Shown: in pieces, positions 25,483 to 39,056 of the stretch
Layout of the letters: every line of letters starts with the position of its first letter
Numbering within the stretch: the first letter of the stretch is position 1
Source of the DNA: Phoronis australis
Lineage: Eukaryota > Animalia > Phoronida
NCBI GenBank assembly: GCA_002633005.1
Contig: NMRA01000272.1
Location: 1-64,000 of the forward strand
DNA length: 64,000 nt
Reading direction: 5' to 3'
Made by a program: the position numbers and the translations under genes
Notes under the pieces: model-generated
Told to the model about the DNA's origin: nothing
What the model saw: the letters and a program-made list of their open reading frames with translations, nothing else
Databases searched by the model: none

Positions 25483-26376
25483 GTAAGTAAAGTATATTTG
25501 CTTCCATCTCTTGATTACGTATTTCCTTTCTTGAGGCCTTCTAAAGAAATAACATTCTTTCCTTTGTTCATTATCTAAAAAGCATCCGCTTGTGAAGTCT
25601 TCATTTTTTTATCAAAGCATGTCCAGTTTGGTGTACCCATTTACACCACGTACTTTATGTTGTTGAGTTTTCAGAATCAGACATTTGCCAAAGCTCTCTG
25701 CTATGTGCGTGTCTCACTTTTCTCATATTTGACGTGCTTCTGTGACTTCGAGTTTGTTTCGTGATCTTGCAACAAGCAGGCGATCGTGCAGATTGCTGTT
25801 TAATGGTGATTCAGATACAAAAAATGAAAACTGAAATAATACATGTACGTGGAAGCGTTAAACTTTTCAAATTCTCATCTTGATGATATATTTTCTCGGT
25901 TTTAAAATTGTAGATTGCATATAATGTCGCAAATTATGTTTTGTACATAAATCGAGTTTTGACAATGTCCGAAAAAGTAAAGGCCAAAAATTTTCAAGTT
26001 TGAGCTTAAAGAAATCCATATCAGTACATTCCTGAGAAGTAAGCGGTCATTATTGTATCCATAATGGTGAACATAACATGGAGATAATGCTGGCTACCAC
26101 ACCTTATGTGAAACCTGAAGTGCTACAAAAATCAACTGTTTGTACAAAATTTGGCTCTTAATCGCTGCAGTTTACCTTTACCTCATGGACTTTTTCAATG
26201 ATCAAGCACGATGACCATGTATACTGTAGAGATAGTGAAAATTCAGCACTTAGTTGAAATAACTCGTACATCATGTAAGAATGTCAGATTTTTACATTAT
26301 TGTTTCATGTTTCGTAATTTATACATTGGCTTTCATCTTGATCACCGATTTACTAAAACACGTTTCCCCGTTTTAG

Positions 26377-26715
26377 TTGGACCGCAACGTGTGGTTATTA
26401 CTGACGCAAGTACGGTCCCTGGTCAGTTTGACCCATGGTCACGGGAACTTACCGTGGTGGACAACCTTAGCTACACCATGTCGTGTGCAACAAGCAGCGT
26501 ATACCCATCGGCGCGCCTCTGGTGGTCCCTCTCCCATGTAACCGGACGTCTGTCGACCATCACTAAAGTGGTGGACGGTCACGGGTTTAATTACACGCAG
26601 TTGTTGACTTTCAAGGTTCAGCCATCATATAATGACGAGCATGTGGTCTGTAAAGCGCAAAACGATGCAAGCGAAATGTTCAACCGATCCGAATCGTTCA
26701 CTCTGTCTGTCTTAT
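26377..26715 (+). CDS. Ig-domain exon 6 (339 nt, type A)
   Basis: tag|TT GGA CCG ... TTA T|gtaagt; YTMSC..LWW..VVCKAQN. Confidence 0.9.
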
Positions 26716-28039
26716 GTAAGTACAAAACTCGAATACTTGGTAATTGTGGTAAGTCGACAAGTAATCTTTGAACCTACAAGTAATATTTGCGTTGGCTCAT
26801 ATTCGCATACCCTTTTAGGTGAATATCGATTAGTAAAATGCACCGATATTGTTGCCTCGCACAGATTGTAGGAAAGAGATGGTGTACACTGTAATCAATT
26901 GGATTGATGTTCACTAAATTTCAATACACCCATGTGCGCGGAATTTAGCGGCACTTTTTGAGCTATGTTGAACCTTCCTTGTAATAGAAACGTCGAAAAA
27001 AAATTGAAGCGGGAATTTTTACCGATGCGCCAACTTTTTCACCAACTTAAGATTTTACTTATATATTTAAGGGAAGTTTCAAGTTTCTTTGAAGTAACCG
27101 AATAACGAAAATTCCAAGATTTAAGGAAACTTAACTTTTTTTCATACGAAATAACTTAGGGAAATGGTGAAAAGATAAGGAAAACGGTTTAACAGAAATC
27201 TTAATTTATCTTAAGGAGGTTTCACTCAGCTTTGAATTATCGTTTTGATGTTTTTAATTTTTCTAAGACTAAGTCATCTCTGACAAAAATGAGATATTTA
27301 CATATGTTTCAGTAAAGTAGATCTAAAATGTCGTGACGATATTTACAGGTTTTATGGACTGTTTTAGTTATGTCGGCGTAATTAAACTTTCTACACAAAC
27401 GAATTAACCTTTTATAGCTTCTTTCAAATGGTAATCCAAAATAAAGGGGTTACCAATTATAAGTAAGTTTCCATTTCAGTGTCAAGATGACACTTTTATT
27501 CTTGAAACCTGATTTCACTTATAATGTTTGTTGGTTTTGTGTATCTTGAAACAGATTGTCGGACACGTGGTATTTTGATTCGAAGTAGACCGAAATCTGA
27601 CTTGGTCTTCTCTGAAATTTCGTCTACTGGTCTCATCTTTGAGTCGTTTTTCATGAAACTGGCCATTGCGTTCACGAGTTCGTTTACCCACAGAGGGTCA
27701 AACTCTTCAACCATAAAGTGTCTAGCTTCAGATGGAACATGTCACGATCTGTATCATACGTCATGTCCCCTGTACCATATAGACTAGTCTAGTTACTGAA
27801 AAACTTACCCTGCATTGTTGTTTTCTATAAAGTTTTCCTTTGGAAATTTCTAATATGTGGTTAAGAGAACAAAATTAATTTTGTACAACGTCGATCACTT
27901 TTTATAATTCAAGATGGCAGCATTCGCCATGATGCTCCTGAATTTCACCCAATTTCCATCTTCTGAACGTGATGGCTTGTAGAATCATGTAATGTATCGT
28001 TTCTGGGACGGAGATTTAAAAAAAACAGTGCAGGTGGTC

Positions 28040-29366
28040 TGATGTTATTTGCGGTGCATCAGACGTGCGCAGGCCTCATGGTTGGGCCCATTGCAAAAAC
28101 ACCTGAGCAAAGGCACGAGACCCCAATTATGGCTCCTCGTGAAGAAAGTTTTCAAGTCTGCCAGTCTCCTTTAGGAAAACGGACAGACGTTTCCATTTGT
28201 TGCCATGCACTATATGTTGTAGGCGTGTAACAATGCCATCCAGTAGGTTGCTCCTTAGCTTATAAAAACCTGGGCAAGACGGCTCTACCAGGTGTTTAGG
28301 AGATTCTACGCCAGTACCACACTCGGGACACACAGGGCTCACCATATGCCCACTAATGTGTCTGTGTCGGGCTAGGTTGCAGTGGCCCGTCAAAACTTGA
28401 ATGACGTGTCTTATACCCAATCTATCTAGACTCAGAGGCTTATTGAACCTTTTGGTTCGATCACGTTGGGAAAATTCTCCTTGGTCTCTCTGCAGGAGTT
28501 AAGTGATGCCCACTGGGCTGCTGACTGGGTATGTACTCAGTTGCGTATACTCATCCTGCAGCATCCGTAAGATACCGGGATAGCAGGTTCAGGCACAAAA
28601 TGCAGAACGCTTGCTCCTATCTTTGCGAGTCTGTCTGCATTCTCATTGCCATCAATTCCCACATGGGCCCTGACCCAGCGTATATTGACGGTTCTTTCAA
28701 TTGCAAGCTTGTTAAGCTCATTGATACAAGCATTAACACAACGAGAGTTGACCCTTAGTTTCTTTAGGGCTTTTATTGCTGCCTGGCAATCTGAAAAGAT
28801 GGTAATAGGCCGATTGCCAAGTTCAGTGTTATATTGTTGTGCCAGTTGAACAGCTCTATTAATTGCAGTGATCTCAGCCTGAAACACCGTGGCAAGATTG
28901 CCCAACGATACCCAGTTTTCTGCATTTGCAACAGGAAGGCTTGGAAAGTAGACACCAGCACCTGTCTGGCCATTTTCCAGAAATTGTTTGTATGATTTAA
29001 AGTTGTGACCTGGACATCACTAGGCATGTTCCATTGTTGCCCAGTCTTGGCCATTAGCTATTACAAACATTCCTGTGGCTTCTGTGTGCAACGGAGTCAG
29101 GGATGTTAGTTTTCACCCACTGACCATTGTATTTGAGACGAAGTGCAGCACATGCAGCTTCACCCTCAAGGTATATGTTCAGCGGTGGTAGACCGATTAG
29201 CATTTCTAGGGCTGCAGAAGGCGTTCCTGGAAAAGCAGAGGTTATGCACTAACAAGCTAGACGTTGCAGCTGCCTAAGTTTGTTGATAATTGTAATCTGT
29301 TTTAATGCCGTTGCCCATATCGACGAAGCATAGGACATTATAGGTCGGATAACAGCAGTATAAACG
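28040..29366 (-). mobile_element. 5'-truncated non-LTR retrotransposon with RNase H and C-terminal CCHC (LOA/R1/I group)
   Basis: 'TVFQAEITAI', 'IFSDCQAAIKAL', 'IRWVRAHVGIDGNENADRLAK', 'LTGHC..CPECG..ESPKHLV..CP'; upstream 'LQRLACLCITSAF..TPSAALEMLIGLPPL'. Confidence 0.85.
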
Positions 29367-29794
29367 GAGAGTTCATCTCTGGTATTATTTTATGGATGAT
29401 GCATGAGATATTGTAATTAACTTCAAATCATATTCGATTTCAATATTAAACCATGGACATGTAGGAAGATTAAGGCAGTTGCTTTAATTTGGATTTATAT
29501 ATTTGTAATTTTAATGTACAAGTATAGCCGACAGGTTCATACCTAGTCGTCATTTACGTGTTCATATCTTTCACCGCCTTCAGTGCCTACCGTTGGCTCC
29601 ACCCCATTGCCTCTTCCTTATAATATTCTGCGCAGGAGAGGCTAGCAATGTCTACCTTTCTAAACTGCAGCTGAAACTATATACGTCAAGCAAAGCTTTG
29701 TATTGTTGAAGTAGGCAGGAATACTACAGAGTTGGTGACTTTCCATCCAAAGTTGGCATAACGTGTGTTTTGGCGTCATATGTAGGTAATCAGC

Positions 29795-29965
29795 GGCCTT
29801 CCACAGCAACACCTGAAAGTACGATCAGAGCACGTGCAAGTGGGCGTTGGTGGTACCGATATTCCACCTGAAGCTGACATTATGTTTATTTTACGGCGTA
29901 TGTTGGATATCGCCTGCGTTCCACAACAACACCTGATAGTATCCTCAGAGCACAGGCAAGTGCAC
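29795..29965. repeat. Two-copy direct repeat (~45-bp core, ~120-bp spacing)
   Basis: ttccacagcaacacctgaaagtacgatcagagcacgtgcaagtg vs ttccacaacaacacctgatagtatcctcagagcacaggcaagtg. Confidence 0.7.
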
Positions 29966-32338
29966 TTTTGTTCATGTTTGACAACTCTTCTACCGACACA
30001 GAGGTAATTTAAGAAGAATGTACACGGAGTGTCAGGAAGCTCACCGTGGGTACCACCAGACTCTCTCAATACCAGCCTCAACTCGGGAATGTTCGTTTCT
30101 AAGAGTATGAATGCAGTCAGGTTTCTCTTGTCAAATTGGTTAAACAACCTGCCGTTGCATGGATTTCTAGAAATTGGTCGCACTTTCTGGGTTCTAATCT
30201 CTAAACTGTTTTGTTATGTCTGAAGTATTACCGTCCCACGTATCCACTTGAATATGACATCTGTGGTGTCCTATGAACCAAATTCATCAGTGGTGTAACT
30301 GACAATTCTGTCTGATGGTTTCCTTCTTTCACCGCGTGCACGAGCTTCCTATTCAGCGTGACGTCTACCTCAACATGGGCAACTACACACTGGCTCTTGA
30401 ACCGCTCTATGTTGCGCAGAAGGGGATAGATGCAGGTTGTTAAACATAGGGTTGTTTAGAATAATTTCTTGGAAAGGGCTGGAGTTAGCAGGGTTTCTTT
30501 AGCTTTTTCTTCTCTTATCCTCTCATGGTCCTTTGTGTAGGGATTTTTGTGGTCGTAACTTTAGCAGCATAATTTTCTTACCAGCGGGATGACAGGTGGC
30601 CAGTCACATACTGAGACTTGCAGACAAATCTCCTGCAGAGATAGCCCAGACAAAATTATAACCGAAGATGGTCAACATATCACTCAACACTACATCCGGA
30701 GCAGAATGATTCGTGACAGAGACATTGAGCGATTGGACAAAAATGACTTTGTCACCCTTTTTTAGGCTGACAAATTCGTGAATCAAAGCCATAGGGAATG
30801 GACTTCACAAGCCCATACTGAAAGATATCACCTAAGACAATGTTTAATTGCTGTTCTACTATTAACAGGCAATCGAACGGCGTCTCAACACCATAGAGTG
30901 CCTTTCCCTTGACAGCCTTCTTCAACAACTTCGTTGTTTTGATTTTTTATTGATTGTTTGTAACATTTACCCCTTACCGAAACAAAAAAGTGGCAACTGT
31001 GCTCCATCCTTATGACCAGTTCGTTAAGAGCAATTATGATTCAAGGAACTACGCATTCGTTGCTGGTAATATGTAGACATGGCTGTTCTACGGTTAATGT
31101 ACATGTATGCCTGTTCTACTCTAGCTCGTCCTCTTTCTCTCTTTCCCGCCTTCTTGTGTTTAGCATTTCCCCTGTCTGCTCCACTTTGTCCCTTCTGCTC
31201 TTCACCACCTTAATTTTACATGTGTTCCATGTCGGTATCAAGGTGGGTTCACCCACCGCAACTACTCACCCACACCGGCTCTTGTTAAAACACGCTTTAT
31301 AACCTCAGAACCTTTTACTCGTTTAATATGTGTTTATTCTTCGAATTGATTAACTGGTACTGCGGTTTGTCATCCGAATGTCGGCAAACGTGTGAAACCA
31401 TGAGTATTCGGATTTAAGAAATAATTTGTTGAAATTACGGCAACTTGTATGGCGAGACGTTGTTGGATTCTGGTTGAGAAGGCAAGCGACGTTGTCCGGC
31501 TTATGTTGAAAGCTGTTACACCAGCGCAGGTAACGTGCACAATGGTGGTGACTTGCTGCGAAGAAATATGCAGACATCTCATTGAAACAGGGTTGTAAAA
31601 GGAAGAAAGCAAATACATGAGAAAAAGCAGTGTTGGCTAAAAAGGCAATCTATCCTTACTTTACCGTCTGATGGTTATTAACCATTTCCAAGAAAACCGT
31701 GAGTTCCTCATCAGTTATGACCCCCATTTGAGTAGAAATTGAGTAGCAACACCGCTGTATGCATCCATAAAGAATTGGTCCAGGTCTTTCAGTTGACTGT
31801 ACTGGAGACTCTAGGAAATGCTAAACTAACAAGCATTTCCATGCGAAATTCTCTCTTTAGTGGCGATACAACCCTAGAAACTCATGAATAAAATAGTTGA
31901 CACTCTATATTTTCCTACAATCAGCGTTTTATAAAATATCTTAATGGGATTAGTGAGGAAAATGAAATGCAAATGAGAGGAAAACTGAATATCACAACGA
32001 TGTTAGTCAGGTAATTTTGACATTTTACCTCTGGTTTGACCTTGAGAAGATCCTGCATCAATAACATAGCATTAAAATGGACTCCGCATCACAGATAATG
32101 ACCTAGTTAGTCCATCAACATGAAAAAAACAAAGTCATCCGAAATTAAAAATGACAACATCCACCATAATGAATTGCAAAGATTTGAACCAACCACGCTA
32201 ATTTTGTTCTGATCATATTTAATAAGTTTCATCAAAAATCATTACAATGATCAACATTGCCAGGGTTCACTATGTGGGCTACATGGCCGGCAACTAGACT
32301 TGACTGTCAAGTGCGAGAATAGACGACATATTTTTCAG

Positions 32339-32668
32339 TTGGTCCTACCTCGCTTTCCGTTACTGACGTCAGTAGGGAGAAAGGGACACGCGGAGGCCAC
32401 ATGTTCACCGTCATTGACACGTGGAAGTACACACTACAGTGTAAAACTGACGCAGTGAGAACGTCGGCGAACGTGACGTGGATATCTATACTGCCTGGTG
32501 GTCGGTCGCCGTTGAGTATCGAAACTGTTTCCAATGGAGCTCACCGTTATGCTAGAAACATTACCTTTACTGCAACGCCAGTTTATGACGGTGTGCTGTT
32601 GAGCTGCAATGCATCAAATTCTCGCGCCCCTTTTTCCGTAGATGACTATTATTTTCTAGATGTTTACT
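32339..32668 (+). CDS. Ig-domain exon 7 (330 nt, type B)
   Basis: cag|TT GGT CCT ... TAC T|gtaagt; YTLQC..NVTW..LSCNASN. Confidence 0.9.
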
Positions 32669-32754
32669 GTAAGTAATTCTATTCATTTTTCTAAGCGAGA
32701 TTATATCCCCGGTCTTGATAACCTAAGCCAGAAAGCAAATTTCCCCAACACTGA

Positions 32755-34138
32755 CAGCCGATTTTATAAAAGTAGTTGAACAGAACCAAGTTTAAGACTT
32801 AAACCTGGTCTTCCTAATTTAGACCTAACTTGCATTTTACCAACGTGGTTTGAAAGTCTGAAAGCCTGGTTTTGTTAAACAAGGCAGCTATATTTAGGAA
32901 AAATAGGTATAAAGTATCCAAGCCACCCTACTGTGTCGATCTCAATTAACCCAACAAAGGAACTATTGAATTGTTTCAATGAAACCTTGATCTTGTGAGT
33001 ATACAATGGCACACAGTAGAAGAATAAGTGCAGATATTTGCAAAAGAGGTTTAAGAGGTTTCCTCTTGAGGAAAAATGTTCCCTCCCGGATCTGATCAGA
33101 GGAAAGGCCAGGTGTATAGAACAAGAAAACTGGTGCCAAATCAAGTGAACGAAAGCAGCAGACGTGAAAGGATTTTAGTCCAGACTGGCTGCACAATTCC
33201 GACAACCGGAGAAATACAACAAACAGTTATGGGGTATCACTAAAATGAAGGTCAGAAAGAAAACTTTACTTGTAAATAAAATGCAGAGAAAAAAGGTGAG
33301 GGACCCATTGGAGGATCTAAGATCTCATGAGGCGACATTTTGTAATGTCTGTGCACAACACACGTACACATTAAGTACATGCTAACGGAATAGTTGCAGC
33401 ATAATAAATATCCAAATTTACTTCCGTGTCATTTTACTGTTTTTATTCTGTAGACAAAGGGAGCAGGACCCCTGTCCCCGGCAACCTTAAATAGAGGACC
33501 AATGGAGGCAGAACTGTCATAAGAATCAGAAGATGCACTCTTTAGTCAAACCCGTAGCGCTTACGACGATGGCGCTCTGCTCGACTGGCCTACTCATGGG
33601 CGGATCTAGGGAGTCGGAAGGGGTCCGAACTCGTTTTTCATTGATTTTTGTGGCATCAAATCTGTAATTTCCAAATTGTTGACCTGGACCCCCTTTTTAA
33701 AAATCTTAATCTGACCTCTTCCCCCTTTTAAAATCCTAGATCCACCCCCTGCTTCATTTGACCTTTTGTCGTTCTTAAAGTGAAATTTGAAAATAGTCCG
33801 TTCTCGCTGTAAAACTGCGTCGTACGGGCAAGCTGTGGCATTATTCAGTTTCACTTACATCGTGCAGGTATGTCATAGTTAGCAGTATTGAGCCTGGATC
33901 TGACTAAGTCTAAAGTTAAACCTAGTTGAAGACCTTAGTACAAGTCTATGGGATATAGACCTTGTTGGTGAAATGAACACTGAGTTAGACCAGGTCTAAA
34001 CTGGAGTTAAATCGGGTTTTATTTGACCGCAGGTCCAGAAATTTTAAACCACCTTGATGAAATGAAGGTTATCTTTAAAGCTGGTCTAAGTTTAGTTTAA
34101 ACCAGGTTTAACTTGAAACCTCTTTACGTAAACAGCTG
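32755..34138 (+). mobile_element. Decayed PIF/Harbinger-like element with Myb/SANT-like remnant and a nested MITE (33595-33751)
   Basis: Subterminal 'aaacctggt/accaggtt' repeats at both ends; 'EEKCSLPDLI..KTGAKSSERKQQT*' remnant at 33070-33170. Confidence 0.4.
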
Positions 34139-34312
34139 CTATTGTTTCCCAGATACCAATTCGGAATTACTAGTATTGTAGGTGCAAAAATATCGGCAAT
34201 TTTGTCATTTGTAAGTGCACCTGTTTATTGTTTACTTCTCGTGGAAATAGTCACTTTGATGTTTACTGACTTCACAAAGCGTATGCGTGTACATTAACTG
34301 CGCGGATTGCAG

Positions 34313-34615
34313 ATGGACCCTATGTCCTTAACATTACGACGGTGTCCGGCGCAAATATCGGCCAAGTGTTCAGTGCTGACGAAGGTAAACCGCTAGAACT
34401 AAGGTGCTCTTCGGGTGATGTGAAACCGGGCGTCAACATGACATGGTCACACGGTTCTAGTGGAAGTATCGTAAAAAGGTCTCTGTCCTACCGCTTCGAC
34501 ACCCAAATAAATGTGACGCCGCTGCTCAATCAGCAAGAAGTATCGTGCACCGCTATCCGTGTTCCAGTCAAAGGGTCTTCAATTATCAAAGTTTCGGTGA
34601 CAATTCATGTTAATT
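34313..34615 (+). CDS. Ig-domain exon 8 (303 nt, type C)
   Basis: cag|AT GGA CCC ... AAT T|gttagt; LELRC..VNMTW..VSCTAIRVP. Confidence 0.9.
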
Positions 34616-35101
34616 GTTAGTACTTTTCACAAATATAATCGACTCTATTAAAAAAGAACATATATAGCAAAGTTTAAGCTATTTGATTCTATTTGTAAAA
34701 AGGTTCAACTTGAACAAATGCAACAGGGATATCATGGCTATCAGTACATTTAAAAAGTTTTTCAAACAACACCACGTTAAAGCTCATGTAGTTGTTTAAT
34801 GTTTCGTATCCTCAAAATTGACAAATGAGGAAGTAATTAGTTGTGCCATTTATCATTAAGTTTGAGGAGGCGTTTTCATCGCCTACCGTTTCAGAACGTA
34901 GACACGCTCTCATTACGTATAACAGTGGGAGAGTTTGACCACAAACTTCCCCATATGTAGCTTTGCGAAATAAGTCTGGAGATAGATATACTGGTTTAAG
35001 AGGATGCATTGTGTTTTTGCTCGTGATTCAAAAGGATTACAAGAATAGAACACATCCTGGAGTTAAGGTAAATTAAAAAAAATGTTTTGTTATGTTTCCA
35101 G

Positions 35102-35437
35102 TTGGACCCAAGAACCTGAAAGTCGTGGAGTTAGGTGAAAATCGGGATTTCGTCTACTTCCCCGAGGGAAGACTTGTGGTTATCGAATCATTTATCTACA
35201 AATTACAATGCATAACTGATAGCGTTAATCCCAGCGCGTCGGTACGTTGGGTGTCGCCCATGGGCGGTCATCAATCGACACAGGTGAAGTACCCCAGCGC
35301 TCACGGTGGCGACGATTACGAACGCAACTTCACCTTCAACGCCTCCAGGAAGTGGGACAATTCGAATTTAACTTGCACTGCTGTGAATTCTATTACTCTA
35401 GTAACAATGAGCAAGGGATATACCATACGGGTTTACT
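35102..35437 (+). CDS. Ig-domain exon 9 (336 nt, type B)
   Basis: cag|TT GGA CCC ... TAC T|gtgagt; YKLQC..VRW..LTCTAVN. Confidence 0.9.
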
Positions 35438-36610
35438 GTGAGTACAATCTTCTGTTGGAAAATTGAGGACTTTTCTACGAGTCACTCACGGTCTTTTCCA
35501 TTACAAATCATTGGTAGCAACACTTTGAAAAATGGAGTGTTTATCTTCACCAAGCAGATCTTCCCTGAGAACAGTGACCACTAAAACAACAAATTAATTA
35601 TAAACAATTCGCAAAAAGGTACTTAAGTCAGTTTTGGCATAAGGATAAATGTTGACGATCAGTAGAAGTTATACATGTAAACGCTCAAAAAATAAAGGGC
35701 ATTTGATACGAACTTGCTCATTTTTAGTCCTCAATCGTTTGGAAGAAATTTGAACATTCCTTATGTGTTTTCCTAAATCGGCGTCGCTTGACAATATAGG
35801 GCTGTAAAGGAGAGGCAATGGCGAAACACTGTTATTATTCTTTTGACGTCTTAACGAGGAGTACAGTTCGAAATGCAATAGGAAGTGACAACATCAGTTT
35901 TCGTGAAGACAAAAAGAACTTTAGCACTCGTTAAGCATCAGAATTCTGACAGTATGCAGACTTTGTAGTTTGCGCGAAAGCGAGCTCGAGAATACATTTC
36001 ACATTTACGGGTCCCTTTTTCTCTCATACGCGTTGAATCTGTGGAGGGAAATACGGCCATGTAATAATTTTCCGTATTCATCTCTCGCACTACTTTAACA
36101 GTGACCTCTGACATGGAAAGTTCAGAAGGTAGGGCAATTTCGACGTCGTTAGCTGATTAGATCATCAAACTTTCCGAGTACAGTTTAAAGTGTTACAATT
36201 GTTGCAGTGTAAATAACACTGAGCATGCAATCACGTCTCAGTTGTAACATCTGGAACAGGACTGTTGATTATATGACAGTTCTGCCTCAGATTTCATTTG
36301 CTAAACATTATATCTTCTGCTACTCAGGCGCCGATTCCTCGGCAACTATAATATCAAATATTGTTGTTATTTAACTATTTTCAGGAGATGTTACAATTTC
36401 AGTGCAAAGTTACCGTTGTTTTTATCTTTATTATCTCTTTTCAAGTAATAAATCGTTACATTTAAAACTGTTTCTTTTACTAGAGAAAATTTGTAACCTA
36501 ACGCGCAAGTACAGTACATACAAATGTGATCTGTCACGTGAACAGTCTGAGTGAAGTATTTAAAAAGTCTGCGGGAATTGAAAAATACTTAGGAATTCGA
36601 AGCGAATGGG

Positions 36611-36771
36611 ATAAACACAAAACGTACCTCGATTGGCGTACATAAAGTAATATCCCACGAGACATTATTCCGTGTATGGACCTCGACCTTCGGTCTCGGT
36701 CGATACGCGGAATAATGTCTCGTGAGATATTACTTCATGTACGCCACTCTCGGTACGTCTTTTGTATTTAT
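36611..36771. repeat. ~160-bp near-perfect palindrome (hairpin MITE)
   Basis: Arms 'gtaatatcccacgagacattattccg' / 'cggaataatgtctcgtgagatattac' around a CCTTCGG loop. Confidence 0.85.
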
Positions 36772-38195
36772 ACAAATTTCAGATAATTCTCTATTATTCT
36801 CTGTTTAATTAGGCTATAGTTCTGATTACGCAAACCACTGTGTTGTTCAACTTCGCGCTTGATTACCATTAGATTCTAACTACAAACTTGAGTAAAAACT
36901 TGAGATTTCGAATAAAAACTTGAGAGTCCGAGTTTAGACACGAAGTTATGGCGTCAATCCTGGAGCCATCAAGTGCAAAATAAGACTACACGCTTAAATT
37001 TTCAGATAAGGGCAAATTCATCTTTACGACAAGGCCACGAGCAGTCACTGACTCGTTTACGACGGTTAAAACAAAGATAAAATCTGTACGGTTTCCATTT
37101 CGCACTTTGGTTATAAGGTTAAAATAAGTCTCTCAGGTGAAGCTTCCTCAAACTTGGGTCCAGCACAATTCATCTCGGTCCCAGGGCCTATCCGCTACAA
37201 CTTACTGACATCAGGCAATTACTTTGTCGCAAAGTTGAAACCTATTTTAGAGCCAAATAGTGTTGATGAAACAGTCACCAAATTGGAATACTTCTACAAA
37301 CAATGTTGACGTAAATGACAATGCCATGGTTATATTGGCTATGGCTGAAGATATAAATGAGAGAACTATGAATAGAGGATGGCAGTTATCAGAGAGGGCC
37401 TTCCAAGGTATGCTGGAACTCATTACGTAAAGCAATAAATGCAGTAACAAACGATGGGTGGGGGCACTAATTAGTACACTTTGAGTACATAACTCATACA
37501 ATATCCTTCGTTTATTAGCAATTATTGTGTTCCCTAGAAGCCGCGCAATCGTGAAATACTAGCGGCATAAAGTGTTCGCTTATGAAATGGAAACACTGAA
37601 TTTTGTCCCATAATTACCCGCCAATCATTCCCTTTGCTCAGGGCCGTATTCTAAACAAATTTCTCTTTCACAGGCGTGATTTGGTGTAGTCTTCACTAGT
37701 GATCTTGATTTTGGCAAATTTTACTTTAATATTAATTTGTAATTCAACTCAATTTTAATGTAACATTGTAGATACTATTTTGATTTTCACATTTGGTATT
37801 TTGGTCTTTACGTACTACACATCTGGAAATACAGAATAATTTAAAAACCTCAGGCATATTCCCCCTGCGAAATAACAGGTCAACACCATGACGCATGCTT
37901 GAAGCCATGAGTGAAAAGCACCCCGAGGGAAACCAAGTTTGCCTCAGTCGTACAAGGAATCTGCGACGTACACAGCTGATGATTTGAGGAGTGTAAAATT
38001 GGCGGTTAGCGGATGGATAGAGAAAAAACAAAAGGTCCGCTAGCTACAACCTCGCACTTGCCCGTTGGCTATGGGCATGTGACTGCAATGGAAGTGGAAC
38101 AAAAATCCACCTTTAGAATATTTCTCAGAATCTATGTTTACATCCTGCTTGTGTATCATAAAAATGACCGCTGAGCTAGAACTGGTGTTTTCTAG

Positions 38196-38498
38196 ATGGC
38201 CCGAATACTGTTGAGTTGAAAACATCAACAGGTCAAGATATTGGATCGAGTTATAGCAACAAAGAAAACGTTACGGTCACCCTAAACTGTCTAACGGATG
38301 ACGTCGCCCCGTATGTTAACATTACCTGGACACATGGCGAAATGGGAGAGGTTCGCGCCATTGGCAACGCTTTCCAACGAAACACATCTATCAATGTCAC
38401 TTCATCGTTGAATCAAAATGAGATCACGTGCAGGGCTAAAAGGTATCCAGTAAAGGAGGCTCGAGGGATCGCGCGTTCTATGATTCTGACTGTGTACT
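38196..38498 (+). CDS. Ig-domain exon 10 (303 nt, type C)
   Basis: tag|AT GGC CCG ... TAC T|gtaagt; VTLNC..VNITW..ITCRAKRYP. Confidence 0.9.
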
Positions 38499-38732
38499 GT
38501 AAGTTGTTTCATGTCTTTGCCTGACTGTAGTTAAGAGTGTTAACAAAGTAGGTCGGCTCTATTGTTTTGATTTTATTTTAAAAAGTAACTATAATTTCAT
38601 AGATTCTTTCAAGAGTGACATTAACTACTGTCATCTAAGTTTTCAAATGAAATTTTAACTGTTTAGTTGTGATCCATCACAGTGCTAACTGTCTGATCAA
38701 TTTATAGAGAATCATTGTTTGCTTATTATCAG

Positions 38733-39056
38733 ATGGTCCAAAACGTACAACTATTGATCTGAAGGGAAATGTTTATCGACTTGGAAATGAGGTAGCACTG
38801 TTTTTCGGACACCGGTACGAAGCAGATTGCTTAACTGACGCAGTATGGCCAGACGCAGGCATTGAGTGGTCAATTCCGTCAGAACAGCTTGATCTAAAAA
38901 TCTTGAATCAAACTCGCAGTGAACGGTGGCTGGTTAGAACATTGGCGATTGCTCATGGTCAACACACCACTGACGGTGATAGTCTCATATGCACGGCTGA
39001 GAACGCAAAACATCCGGAGTTCAACGCTAGGTCTCTCCTCCTCGTTAGAACAATAG
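38733..39056 (+). CDS. Ig-domain exon 11 (324 nt, type D)
   Basis: cag|AT GGT CCA ... ATA G|gtaaac; YEADCLTDAVWP..IEW..LICTAEN. Confidence 0.88.

Noticed and set aside
27000-27790. Short ORFs and TTAA-rich repeats
   Set aside because: Probably transposon debris; no diagnostic motif.
29795-29965. CRISPR-like repeat-spacer array
   Set aside because: Only two imperfect copies, eukaryotic context, no cas genes.
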